A stretch of 64,000 bases of DNA from an uncultured bacterium (GTDB lineage Bacteria; Zixibacteria; MSB-5A5; UBA10806). Made by a program: the position numbers and the translations under genes. The DNA lies in NCBI GenBank assembly GCA_965541585.1, contig CBEUCH010000009.1, positions 64,001 through 128,000 of the forward strand. Reading direction: 5' to 3'. The notes under the pieces were generated by a model. The model was not told the DNA's origin. It ran no database searches and was given only the letters and a program-made list of their open reading frames with translations. This document shows positions 17,632 to 26,796 of this stretch, one piece after another (within the stretch, counting starts at the first letter, position 1; each line of letters begins with the position of its first letter).

Positions 17632-18753
17632 ATGAAAGATTTCTACAAAATACTCGGTGTATCTGAAACCGCGTCGGAGGGGGATATTAAACGGGCCTAT
17701 CGCGGGCTGGCTAAAAAGCATCATCCCGACGCCAATCCGGGAGATAAACAGGCCGAGGCAAGATTCAAAGAGGTCTCGGAGGCGAATGAAGTTCTATCGG
17801 ATGAAAATAAAAGAGCGCAGTTCGACCAGATGCGAAGATATGGGGGCGGCTTCGAAGGTGCGCGGCCCGGTGCCGGTTTCGGTGGCGGGGTCCGTTTCGA
17901 GGACCTGTCGTCTGTTTTCGGTAAATCGGGAGGTTTTGGATCGTTTGCGGATATTTTTTCGTCCATATTCGGGGATAACCTCCGTAATTCCGGATCTGGT
18001 TTCGGGCGAACCCGTGGCCCCGGGAAGGGCGATGATCTTTACACGGATATAAAAATACCGTTTTCAACGGCTGTCAACGGTGGAAAAGTAAAGGTCCGGC
18101 TCAATGTAAACGAACAGTGCTCGGACTGTAAAGGCACCGGATCGAGGCCCGGTTCGTCTCAGAGAATCTGTCCCGACTGCCAGGGCCGCGGAGTGGTTAG
18201 TTTTACGCAGGGTAATTTCGCCGTCTCGCGTCCCTGCCCGCGCTGTCTTGGCAGGGGCCGGATATCCGGCGAGGCCTGCTCCGGTTGCGCCGGTACAGGC
18301 TCGGTATCGAAACGTCGCGAATTATCCGTCAGGATTCCGTCGGGAATGGAATCGGGCAAAAAGATTCGTTTGCGAGGATTGGGAAATCCCGGAATCAACG
18401 GCGGCCCCCCGGGTGATCTCTACCTCCGGATCGATGTGACATCGCATCCGTTCTTCTTCAGGCGGGGTCTTGATATCCATTGCCGTATACCTCTAAGTAT
18501 CGAACAGGCAGTAAACGGATCGAGAATTCGCGTTAGAACGCTATCCGGGAAGAAGGCCGAACTCAAGATCCCGCCCGGCACTAAAGCGGGCGCAAAGTTC
18601 AGGCTGAAAGGCCTTGGCCTCGTCTTGAGAGAGCGTAAGGGAGATCAGATTGTAGAGATTGATATAAAAGAGACTGAGGATATGACTGATGAAGACAAGA
18701 GAAGTTCTTATAAGGCGACTCAGGGAGCCGGCACAGGAGACAAGGGAAGCTGA
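17632..18753 (+). CDS. dnaJ: Chaperone DnaJ
   Basis: J-domain with HPD, G/F region, four CxxCxGxG zinc-finger repeats, C-terminal domain. Confidence 0.97.
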   Translation: MKDFYKILGVSETASEGDIKRAYRGLAKKHHPDANPGDKQAEARFKEVSEANEVLSDENKRAQFDQMRRYGGGFEGARPGAGFGGGVRFEDLSSVFGKSGGFGSFADIFSSIFGDNLRNSGSGFGRTRGPGKGDDLYTDIKIPFSTAVNGGKVKVRLNVNEQCSDCKGTGSRPGSSQRICPDCQGRGVVSFTQGNFAVSRPCPRCLGRGRISGEACSGCAGTGSVSKRRELSVRIPSGMESGKKIRLRGLGNPGINGGPPGDLYLRIDVTSHPFFFRRGLDIHCRIPLSIEQAVNGSRIRVRTLSGKKAELKIPPGTKAGAKFRLKGLGLVLRERKGDQIVEIDIKETEDMTDEDKRSSYKATQGAGTGDKGS

Positions 18754-18925
18754 TCGGTAATGCGAACAGAAAAAAGATCCGGTGACAAAATAGTGATTGC
18801 CGCCGATGAAAACGGTTTGACATTTGATATCGATAGATTATCTTCAAAGAAATGGTTCTTTAAGAATTGAGGCTTTTGAATAATCCTGGCGTCTGATGAT
18901 AATTGAGATTGTCAAGGAGGCAATT

Positions 18926-19303
18926 TTGAGGCTGACAATATTAGCTCTTACGGTAACTTTACTTTTCTTGAGTTGTAGTGAAAAAGTCCCCGCGGAGAAT
19001 GAGCTATTTTCGCGCGCGCAGGAAGCTGAAGCAGCTCAGGAATTCAACCAGGCTCTCCAAGCTTATGATACGATAATCGAAAAATATCCCGATAGCCCGA
19101 ACCGATATAAGGCGATCTTCATGAAGGGTTATATCCACACCGAATACTTAAAAGATAAGACCAGGGCTCTTGAAGTGTTTGATCAATTGCTGGCGGAATA
19201 CCCCGACTGTGATCTGGCCGATGATGCCCGGGTCATGCGCGAAATTGCAGAAAAGGGCACCGACCTGATGTCGGTTTTCGAGGATTCGGTAAAAGCGGAA
19301 TAA
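18926..19303 (+). CDS. Small TPR lipoprotein (BamD/CpoB-like TPR fold)
   Basis: SD AAGGAGG before TTG 18926; lipobox FLSC; IIEKYPDS / LLAEYPDC TPR pattern. Confidence 0.8.
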   Translation: MRLTILALTVTLLFLSCSEKVPAENELFSRAQEAEAAQEFNQALQAYDTIIEKYPDSPNRYKAIFMKGYIHTEYLKDKTRALEVFDQLLAEYPDCDLADDARVMREIAEKGTDLMSVFEDSVKAE

Positions 19304-19526
19304 AACCGTCTCTCGTTCTGGAGCATATTGAATCTACAGCCATGTGGCTGGCCCCGAGCTGTAGATAATTGTTGACAACATTGTATATTATATATTAAAT
19401 TTATACTTAGGTAAGGAGAGTAGTTTACCTAAGACAACGTTGGCTTATTTGTAGATCGTCATAATTCTAAAGCTTGGGGAACGCTCCTTTTAAATGTCAT
19501 AAGAGGCTCTTTTCCGGAGGTGAAAT

Positions 19527-21899
19527 ATGAGGACTTTAATTGTTCTTAGTTTGGTTATGGCTCTAACAGCGGTAAATGCGATAGCTTTTGAGCCGATATT
19601 CGAAGCCCGGTTGGATTTTCCTGCAGGCGAGGGGCAATACTCGCTAACTGTCGGTGATTTTAACGCAGACGGTTTCGAGGATGTGGCCGTGGTAAATAAT
19701 TATTATGACAACGTATCGGTTTTTATAAACAAGGGCGACGGAGACTTCGAACCTGAAATAGTATACGATGTAGGTGACCGTCCCTGGTCTGTTTGCGCGG
19801 CCGATCTGGATGGCGACGATGATTCCGATCTGGCTGTCGCCAGCTACGGTTCCGATGATGTTTCCGTGCTCATCAGCAACGGCGACGGGACATTTCAGCC
19901 AGCCGTTGCATATCAGGCGGGCGGCGGTTCGAGCTCAGTTGTTGCCGCAGACTTCGATGCTGATGGCTTTAACGACCTGGCGGTGGCCAATATAGATGTG
20001 CGTACCATGTCGATTTTTCTCAATAACGGAGATGGAACCTTCCAGGAAGCCGTTGGCTACGATGTCTCTGACGCAGTCGGGGGGTTGGCCGTGACCGATA
20101 TTGATGAAGATGGCGATATCGATCTGGCCGTGGCCTCGATTTCCGGTCAGTCCCTTTATGTTATCAAAAACAATGGCGACGGGACCTTTGCACAGCCGCA
20201 AGGTTATTATCTGGGAGGATGGATGACATTTGTGGCGGCTGCTGATTTCAACGGCGACGGCTTCGACGATCTGGCTGTAAATCTATACGATGACGATCTG
20301 ATCTCGGTTCTCCTGAACAACGGCAACGGGGAGTTTCCAGAACATGTCGAATATGAAACCGGCGACACCCCACGTTTTTTATTAGCGGATGATCTGGACG
20401 AAGACGATGATTACGACTTGCTGGTCAGTAATGATGATGATATATCCATGTTCACCAATGACGGAAACGGTGCTTTCTCGGGGCCGCATTATTTCAACCT
20501 GGATAGAGGCGCACGCAGATTCGCTGTCGTTGACGTTGACGGAGATGGCCTCAAGGAATTAGTGACTAACGGCGTATCCGTCTACAGGAATAAAGGAGAT
20601 CTTTCTTTCATGGCAGGGACTTATCTCGAGACCGGGTATAGTCCCTGGTCTCTTTCGGCCGGCGATCTTGATGGTGACGGGGATAATGACGTGGCCGTCG
20701 TACATGCTGGGGCAGAGGATCTCGGCATTTATATCAATAACGGAGACCGGACATTTCTTCCTGCCCAGTTCTACGACATAGACTGCATTTCCTTTACCGT
20801 TCTTATCTCAGATTTAGACGGAGACAGCCATAATGATCTGGTAACGGGGAACTTATTAACTTGCGACGTCCTTGTTTTATCCAACAACGGCGACGGTACA
20901 TTTCAGGCGCCGGTTGCGTATGGTGGCCAATACTGTGCTAATTCAATATCTGGCGGAGATTTCGACGGCGATAATGATGTTGATCTGGCTCTTGCGAATA
21001 TATGGGCAAATGGCCAGATCGCGGTATTGCGTAACAATGGCGACGGGAGCTTCCAGCAGGAGGAGTACTACCCTTGTGGAGATGGTCCAATGTCCATTGT
21101 GGCCTCGGACTTCAATGATGATACCCATGATGATCTGGCTACGGCAAACGCCTTTTCGGACGATATCTCGGTTCTCCTGAATAACGGTGACGGGACTTTT
21201 CAACCGCCGGTCAATTATCCGGCGGGCGACAGCGCCTGGGCGGTAACCGCCGGAGATTTTAATGATGATGACCATAATGATCTGGCTGTGGCCAACGCCG
21301 GTTCGGAAAATGTTTCTGTTTTTATTAATAATGGAGATGGCACTTTTCAAATGGAGGTTTCCTATCGGGTGGGAGATTCTCCTTTTTCCGTTATCGCGGC
21401 TGATTTCGATAGCGATGGTGATCTGGATATTAGCACAGCTAACAAGGCGGGCAATGTCTCTGTTTTGCTTAATGACGGAAGTGGTTTCTTCGAGCCGACC
21501 TCCAAATACGGTGTGGGCATCGAGCCTCATTCAATTTTCGCCGCCGATCTCGATCATCGTGGAGGTTTGGATCTTGTGACGGCGAATTCCGGTTCCGGCG
21601 ACATTTGTGTCTTGTTCAGTATCGTTGCTGGAGCTTGCGTCTATATTCCGGGTGATTGCAACCATAACTCGGTACCGGTAGAGCTGGTGGACGTTATCGC
21701 CATGGTATCAATGTATAGGGGCACGTTATCGCCGGAGTATACGTGCGAGTGCGCAAATTGGGGTGTCGATTTCGCCCCTGAAGCCGACCCCGACGGAAAC
21801 TGCGTCGCACTTGAGCTTTCCGACGTCGTTACCCAGATTGCGGCCTATAGAGGCAATGCTACTCCCTCGGGATGCCCTGATTGCCCAGGACTGCCTTAG
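19527..21899 (+). CDS. Secreted FG-GAP/VCBS-repeat protein with C-terminal dockerin-like domain
   Basis: Signal peptide; about a dozen (A/G)D(F/L)DGDGxxDLAV...VLLNNGDGTF repeats; duplicated GDxN/DxDGN...ELxDV...YRG tail. Confidence 0.92.
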   Translation: MRTLIVLSLVMALTAVNAIAFEPIFEARLDFPAGEGQYSLTVGDFNADGFEDVAVVNNYYDNVSVFINKGDGDFEPEIVYDVGDRPWSVCAADLDGDDDSDLAVASYGSDDVSVLISNGDGTFQPAVAYQAGGGSSSVVAADFDADGFNDLAVANIDVRTMSIFLNNGDGTFQEAVGYDVSDAVGGLAVTDIDEDGDIDLAVASISGQSLYVIKNNGDGTFAQPQGYYLGGWMTFVAAADFNGDGFDDLAVNLYDDDLISVLLNNGNGEFPEHVEYETGDTPRFLLADDLDEDDDYDLLVSNDDDISMFTNDGNGAFSGPHYFNLDRGARRFAVVDVDGDGLKELVTNGVSVYRNKGDLSFMAGTYLETGYSPWSLSAGDLDGDGDNDVAVVHAGAEDLGIYINNGDRTFLPAQFYDIDCISFTVLISDLDGDSHNDLVTGNLLTCDVLVLSNNGDGTFQAPVAYGGQYCANSISGGDFDGDNDVDLALANIWANGQIAVLRNNGDGSFQQEEYYPCGDGPMSIVASDFNDDTHDDLATANAFSDDISVLLNNGDGTFQPPVNYPAGDSAWAVTAGDFNDDDHNDLAVANAGSENVSVFINNGDGTFQMEVSYRVGDSPFSVIAADFDSDGDLDISTANKAGNVSVLLNDGSGFFEPTSKYGVGIEPHSIFAADLDHRGGLDLVTANSGSGDICVLFSIVAGACVYIPGDCNHNSVPVELVDVIAMVSMYRGTLSPEYTCECANWGVDFAPEADPDGNCVALELSDVVTQIAAYRGNATPSGCPDCPGLP

Positions 21900-22305
21900 A
21901 TTACCCAACTTCATCGATTGGTGTATGGAGAAGGCGGCCGGCAGTAGAAATCCCGGAAGCTGCTGGCCGTTAGAGAGAGCCTCGAGCCACGGATTTCGCA
22001 CCTGAAAAAAGCTTGACAGAAGACCAAAATGCCTATATTTTAATATAGGTTTTGAGACTGCGCGCCTTGAGTAAGTCTTCTTGCGCAGTAGTATTACAAT
22101 ATCTGCAGATATGGGGTCTATTCCGTTCGCAGGTAAGGATATTGCTAATAATCCATAAAACCAATTAACCGGGAGGTGACTCGCAGACATTAAAGTAGTG
22201 CAGCCTGTATCTTTAGGAATAAGAACAATGATTATGGATACGCGGCTGCTGAGTTAGTTGGACACTGAGGGATTTCAAAGACGGATTTGAGGAGAGAGAA
22301 GTATT

Positions 22306-24357
22306 ATGAAAAAACATCTTTTATGGATGCTAATCCTTTCGCTGCTCTGTATATGGACAGTTGCCGGGGCAGATACGCCTGGTAACCAGGCGCCTCCTGA
22401 TGAGATCGAGAAGGAAAAACTCTATGAGCAGCAAAAGCTTGCGTTAGAGACAGAACCGGCAGAAGAGGAAGCCAGGCGGGTGGCCGAAAAGATAAGGCTG
22501 ACCGAGGAAATGAATCTGACGCCCGAGCAGGCGGAAGCCCTTAAAGAAAGCCGATTTCTCGAGGCCAATCCCGGCTACAAGGATGAACTCGATGATCCGC
22601 CCACCATTCTGGTTCAGGGGGACGTTTGCTCAGATCCTTTCATAATTCCCGAGAGCTTTCCGTATTCTCATAGCGACAATACCTGTGATTATACCAATCA
22701 GTGCGATATCGCATTCTCGGACAACAGCGATGTCATTTATCAGTTGGATATAACCACTACGATCGACTTAACGGTCTCTTTGTGCGGATCCTCGTATGAT
22801 ACCAAATTAGCCATATATACTCCCACCTGCTGTTCCGGCGATCAGGATTATTGGCAATACAACGATGATTTCTGCAGCCTGCAGTCGGAAATCACCGCTA
22901 CATTTACTCCGGCCACCTACTATATCGTGGTCGACGGGTTCGGTACCAATTGCGGGGCCTACACTCTGAATATTACCGAATACGTGATACCCACCGGCCG
23001 TTGCTGCTATGGCGATCCGTATAATCCGGACTGCGTTGACAACATAATCGAGGCTGACTGCACCACTCAGTATTCTGGAGTATGGACCGAGGGGCTGGAT
23101 TGCGGAACACCATGCCCTGTACCAACCGACTGCAGCAACGCCATCCAGGTTATTCTGCCGCCGCCACCCTTGACCTGGCCTTACGTTGATGCCAATCAAA
23201 CAACGTGTGGCAGAGGCCACAGCTACGATGATGCCACCTGCCTCGAGCCTTACTACGATAATGGTGAGGACATAATCTATGAGATAACGGTCACGGAAGA
23301 AGTAACCGTTGGCATTTATCTTACCTCCAATACGACCTGGACAGGTATGGCAATTGGCACCTCCTGTCCTCCGGGACCCGGCTGTCTGGCCCTGTCAAAG
23401 AGCTCCGGTAGTGATGAAACGATTGAAGGTCTTACACTTGCCACCGGCACATACTACCTCATGATAGATACCTGGTCATCGCCGGACTGTATTGATAACT
23501 ACACTCTAACTATCGATGAATACGTATTACCCACCGGTCGTTGTTGCTATGGCGATCCGTATAATCCGGACTGCGTCGACAACGTAACCGAGGATGATTG
23601 CCTCGCTGGGTATTCCGGAACCTGGACTGAGGGACTGGATTGTGGTACTCCTTGCCCGATTCCGCCGGCCAACGACGATTGCGAGAACGCCGAACTGGTT
23701 GCGGTGCCCTCCTCCACGCAGGGTAATACCGACCTTGCAAATGGAGAGACACTCCCGTTCTGCGGCACCAGCGATGGCGCGCCAGGGGTCTGGTATAGAG
23801 TTATCGGCACCGGAAACACCATGACCGCCACGACATGCAATCCCTATACCGACTTTGATACTAAGCTCAGAGTGTTCTGCCATACTTGCGAAGATCCTTA
23901 CTGCGTTGGCGGTAATGACGATACGTCTGGTGCCCCGCCCGAGTGCGATCTTAACGGTTTGAACCGCAAGTCTACAGTGGTCTGGTGCTCCGAAGTCGGC
24001 ACCGAGTACCTGATTCAGGTTTTTGGATTCTCATCCTATACAGGCAATTTCCAACTGGATGTCTTCGACGATGGAACACCATGCCAGGATCCGCCCTTAT
24101 GTGCTCCCCCGACCGGCGCCTGCTGTGTAGATATGGTCTGCGTTGAGACCAACACCTTTGAGGAATGTTCTGTCCTTGGTGGTTTCTGGTACGAAGGGGA
24201 AGACTGCACAACTTTCGAATGCCCGGAGCCTCCGAACATCCCCACGCTTTCCGAATGGGGTATGATTATCTTTACACTGCTCTTGCTGACAGCCGGCACC
24301 ATCGCTGTCATTCGGAGACGTAATACCGTTTCTGCAAAAGAGGCTGCCCGAAGCTGA
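22306..24357 (+). CDS. Secreted Cys-rich protein with PPC-like domains and IPTL-CTERM sorting signal
   Basis: Signal peptide; three PPC-like domains (YDTKLAIY...TYYIVVDG; TYYLMID; FDTKLRVF...EYLIQV); C-terminal IPTLSEWG, TM helix and RRR. Confidence 0.88.
   Translation: MKKHLLWMLILSLLCIWTVAGADTPGNQAPPDEIEKEKLYEQQKLALETEPAEEEARRVAEKIRLTEEMNLTPEQAEALKESRFLEANPGYKDELDDPPTILVQGDVCSDPFIIPESFPYSHSDNTCDYTNQCDIAFSDNSDVIYQLDITTTIDLTVSLCGSSYDTKLAIYTPTCCSGDQDYWQYNDDFCSLQSEITATFTPATYYIVVDGFGTNCGAYTLNITEYVIPTGRCCYGDPYNPDCVDNIIEADCTTQYSGVWTEGLDCGTPCPVPTDCSNAIQVILPPPPLTWPYVDANQTTCGRGHSYDDATCLEPYYDNGEDIIYEITVTEEVTVGIYLTSNTTWTGMAIGTSCPPGPGCLALSKSSGSDETIEGLTLATGTYYLMIDTWSSPDCIDNYTLTIDEYVLPTGRCCYGDPYNPDCVDNVTEDDCLAGYSGTWTEGLDCGTPCPIPPANDDCENAELVAVPSSTQGNTDLANGETLPFCGTSDGAPGVWYRVIGTGNTMTATTCNPYTDFDTKLRVFCHTCEDPYCVGGNDDTSGAPPECDLNGLNRKSTVVWCSEVGTEYLIQVFGFSSYTGNFQLDVFDDGTPCQDPPLCAPPTGACCVDMVCVETNTFEECSVLGGFWYEGEDCTTFECPEPPNIPTLSEWGMIIFTLLLLTAGTIAVIRRRNTVSAKEAARS
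22978..23657 (+). repeat. Intragenic ~140-bp direct repeat (22978-23117 and 23518-23657) encoding a Cys-rich module
   Basis: EYVxPTGRCCYGDPYNPDCVDN...WTEGLDCGTPCP repeated at a 540-bp offset with high DNA identity. Confidence 0.9.
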
Positions 24358-24382
24358 TCTCGCTTTTGACAATCTCGCTTTC

Positions 24383-24409
24383 AAAAAGCGGCCGCAAGGC
24401 CGCTTTTTT
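24383..24409. terminator. Bidirectional intrinsic terminator
   Basis: AAAAAGCGGCC-GCAA-GGCCGCTTTTTT. Confidence 0.9.
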
Positions 24410-24460
24410 ATTGACTATATCGCATATTCGTAATAGAGTTAGCTGCTGATTGGAGGGATA

Positions 24461-24898
24461 GTGAAAGCAGTCCTGCAGCGGGTCGCCGAGGCCTCCGTGG
24501 AGGTCTCAGGGGAGATGATTGCTTCTACAGGTCGCGGGCTCTTGCTTTTGATTGGAGCCGATCAGGGGGATTCCGAGAAGAATGCCGATTCTCTGGCCGA
24601 CCGTTGCCTGGGATTGCGGATCTTCGAGGACGATGAGGGTAAGATGAACCGCTCCCTGGTCGATACCGGCGGTGATCTATTGGCCGTAAGCCAGTTTACG
24701 CTATCGGCGGATCTCTCTAAAGGCAGAAGGCCGAGTTTCACCTCCGCCATGAAGCCGCCCGAAGCGGAAAAGCTCTTCGACTATTTCGTGAAAAGGCTGA
24801 TGGAAAGTGGATTGAATGTAAAAACGGGACGATTCGGGGCCAGGATGAAGGTACGGCTTATAAATGACGGACCGGTTACGTTCGTCCTGGAAGGATGA
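24461..24898 (+). CDS. dtd: D-aminoacyl-tRNA deacylase
   Basis: AVLQRV, LRIFED, SQFTL, NDGPVT motifs. Confidence 0.97.
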   Translation: MKAVLQRVAEASVEVSGEMIASTGRGLLLLIGADQGDSEKNADSLADRCLGLRIFEDDEGKMNRSLVDTGGDLLAVSQFTLSADLSKGRRPSFTSAMKPPEAEKLFDYFVKRLMESGLNVKTGRFGARMKVRLINDGPVTFVLEG

Positions 24899-24913
24899 CC
24901 GAACTTTAGGGAG

Positions 24914-25507
24914 ATGAATACAATTACGGCCATGAAAATAGTCTTGGCGTCGGGTTCACCGCGAAGGGAAAAACTTCTTTCTGAAATGGGTTACGAATTC
25001 GAGATTGTGGCTCCGGTCGTTTCCGAGAAGAATATCCCCGGGGAGGCGCCTGAGGATCACGTTCAGAGGCTATCGCGGCTGAAGGGTGGATCTGTTGCCC
25101 GGCAATTCCCGGACAGCCTCGTGGTGGGAGCGGATACCGTGGTCGTTTTAGAAAGCAGCATTCTCGGTAAACCGGAATCGAAGTCGGAGGCGAGATCGAT
25201 GCTTGAGCTGCTTTCAGGTAAGACCCATACCGTCTATACAGGCTTATCCATGATGGTTTTGACGAAAGATATAACCACGTCGGATTACGATTCGACGAGA
25301 GTGACATTCAACAAACTCGATCCGGAGCAGATTAAACGCTATGTGGACTCAGGGGAGCCGCTGGATAAGGCGGGGGCTTATGGCATCCAGGGGATGGGCT
25401 CGTTTTTGGTCGATAGTTACGAAGGTGAACTCGATACCGTGATCGGTTTTCCATCGAAGCTTTTTGAGAGGATGTATAAAGAGGTTCTGACTTGTCCAGA
25501 GCTCTAG
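24914..25507 (+). CDS. maf: Maf family nucleotide pyrophosphatase
   Basis: LASGSPRR, GADTVV, LGKP, EPLDKAGAYGIQG. Confidence 0.95.
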   Translation: MNTITAMKIVLASGSPRREKLLSEMGYEFEIVAPVVSEKNIPGEAPEDHVQRLSRLKGGSVARQFPDSLVVGADTVVVLESSILGKPESKSEARSMLELLSGKTHTVYTGLSMMVLTKDITTSDYDSTRVTFNKLDPEQIKRYVDSGEPLDKAGAYGIQGMGSFLVDSYEGELDTVIGFPSKLFERMYKEVLTCPEL

Positions 25508-26244
25508 GCGACAAACTTCGTGAAGGCAGAGAGGCCAAAGGGTTGAATATTGAGCAACTTGCGGCCCTCACGAGATTAAATCAGCAATTTATTGTAGCTT
25601 TAGAGAGCGGGCGTCGCGACCTGCTGCCGGGGCAGGTCTATTTGAAGCCGTTTACCAAAATCTGTGCCGAGGCTCTGGATCTTGACCTGAAAGAACTTTA
25701 TGGATTAATCGATGACGAGAATGGAGAAAAGGTAAACGATGAAATCCCGGCGGCGACTATCTCCGAATCCAAGCGAGGTTTGGATTATAGACTTCCGCTT
25801 GTCATTGTAATCGGCCTTATGATCATCGCGTTGATCTATCTAACTGTCAGCTTCCGGCAGGGCCGATTCCCCGATTCGGGGGATACAGATATTGTTCCGG
25901 CAGAAAGCCATCAACCGAGACGAGATGTCGAATGGAGCAGGCCCTGGGAGCGTCCGGCAGCCTGGGAAAGCCCCGGCCTTAATCAAAGATTGCGAATCGA
26001 GGCATCCGACTTAGTGTGGATCAGTGTTGTTGCCGACGGCGATACGGCATATGTGGGATTTCTAAATCCCGCCACGGCCAAAACCTTTACCGCCAGAGAG
26101 GGATTTACCCTGAGTCTCGGGAGAAACGACTGCGTCATTGGATACTTCAATGGTGAAAAAGTAGCCAGAATCGGCTCCAGTATCAGAGGTCTATTTAACT
26201 ACCGTCTGGGAGTCACAGGGGAAAGGCAAGATCTTGAGCGTTAA
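25492..26244 (+). CDS. RodZ-like HTH membrane protein with DUF4115-type C-terminus
   Basis: N-terminal HTH (LGDKLREGRE...ALESG...YLKPF), a single TM helix, C-terminal beta domain (LRIEASDLVWISV). Confidence 0.8.
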   Translation: MSRALGDKLREGREAKGLNIEQLAALTRLNQQFIVALESGRRDLLPGQVYLKPFTKICAEALDLDLKELYGLIDDENGEKVNDEIPAATISESKRGLDYRLPLVIVIGLMIIALIYLTVSFRQGRFPDSGDTDIVPAESHQPRRDVEWSRPWERPAAWESPGLNQRLRIEASDLVWISVVADGDTAYVGFLNPATAKTFTAREGFTLSLGRNDCVIGYFNGEKVARIGSSIRGLFNYRLGVTGERQDLER

Positions 26245-26785
26245 GATCCGCGGTATCGTACAGAGATTCGCCGGCCTGAAAGACGCTTTTACACACAGGC
26301 CGGATCCGGTTAATTTTAGCGATCTTTCAGGCAATTTCAGGGCTTGCCTTGTCTGTATGCCTGCCAGACTGGAGCTTATCAGGGCGGCCTCAGATATTCT
26401 TCCTGAGATTGCAGAGATCTTTCCAAATAGAGACATCAGGATTCTGCTGACATCGAATGTAGATCCCCAATCGCATGATATTATTAAGAAATTCATAGTC
26501 ATAAAACCGCTATCGTATGATCTCGATGCTTTTTCGTTGCCGAAAAGGGAATTCATACAACGTGTTTCGGCGGGCGGTTTGGCGGTTTCGGTGGATCTGG
26601 ATATATATCCCAATTTTTTCAACGCTGTGGTTTCGCTCCGGTCCGGGGCGATAGTCAGGACTGCATTTGACAAAGGAGTTGGACTCCCCTATTATAATTT
26701 AATTGTCGGCATTCCTGCGGCGGAGGCGGCTCCGAAGGTCTCGTGCCGCGCCATGGCTGACATTCTCGGCAATTTTAGATTGTAA
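26234..26785 (+). CDS. Hypothetical protein (resembles DUF6913 / GT9 N-terminal half)
   Basis: Coupled ORF between the rodZ-like gene and smc; VDLD...SGAIVR...PYYNL pattern. Confidence 0.6.
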   Translation: MSVKIRGIVQRFAGLKDAFTHRPDPVNFSDLSGNFRACLVCMPARLELIRAASDILPEIAEIFPNRDIRILLTSNVDPQSHDIIKKFIVIKPLSYDLDAFSLPKREFIQRVSAGGLAVSVDLDIYPNFFNAVVSLRSGAIVRTAFDKGVGLPYYNLIVGIPAAEAAPKVSCRAMADILGNFRL

Positions 26786-26796
26786 AGGAGACGATC

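Noticed and set aside
18926..19303. Naming the TPR lipoprotein bamD
   Set aside because: At about 125 aa it is roughly half the size of BamD; only the TPR pattern is shared.
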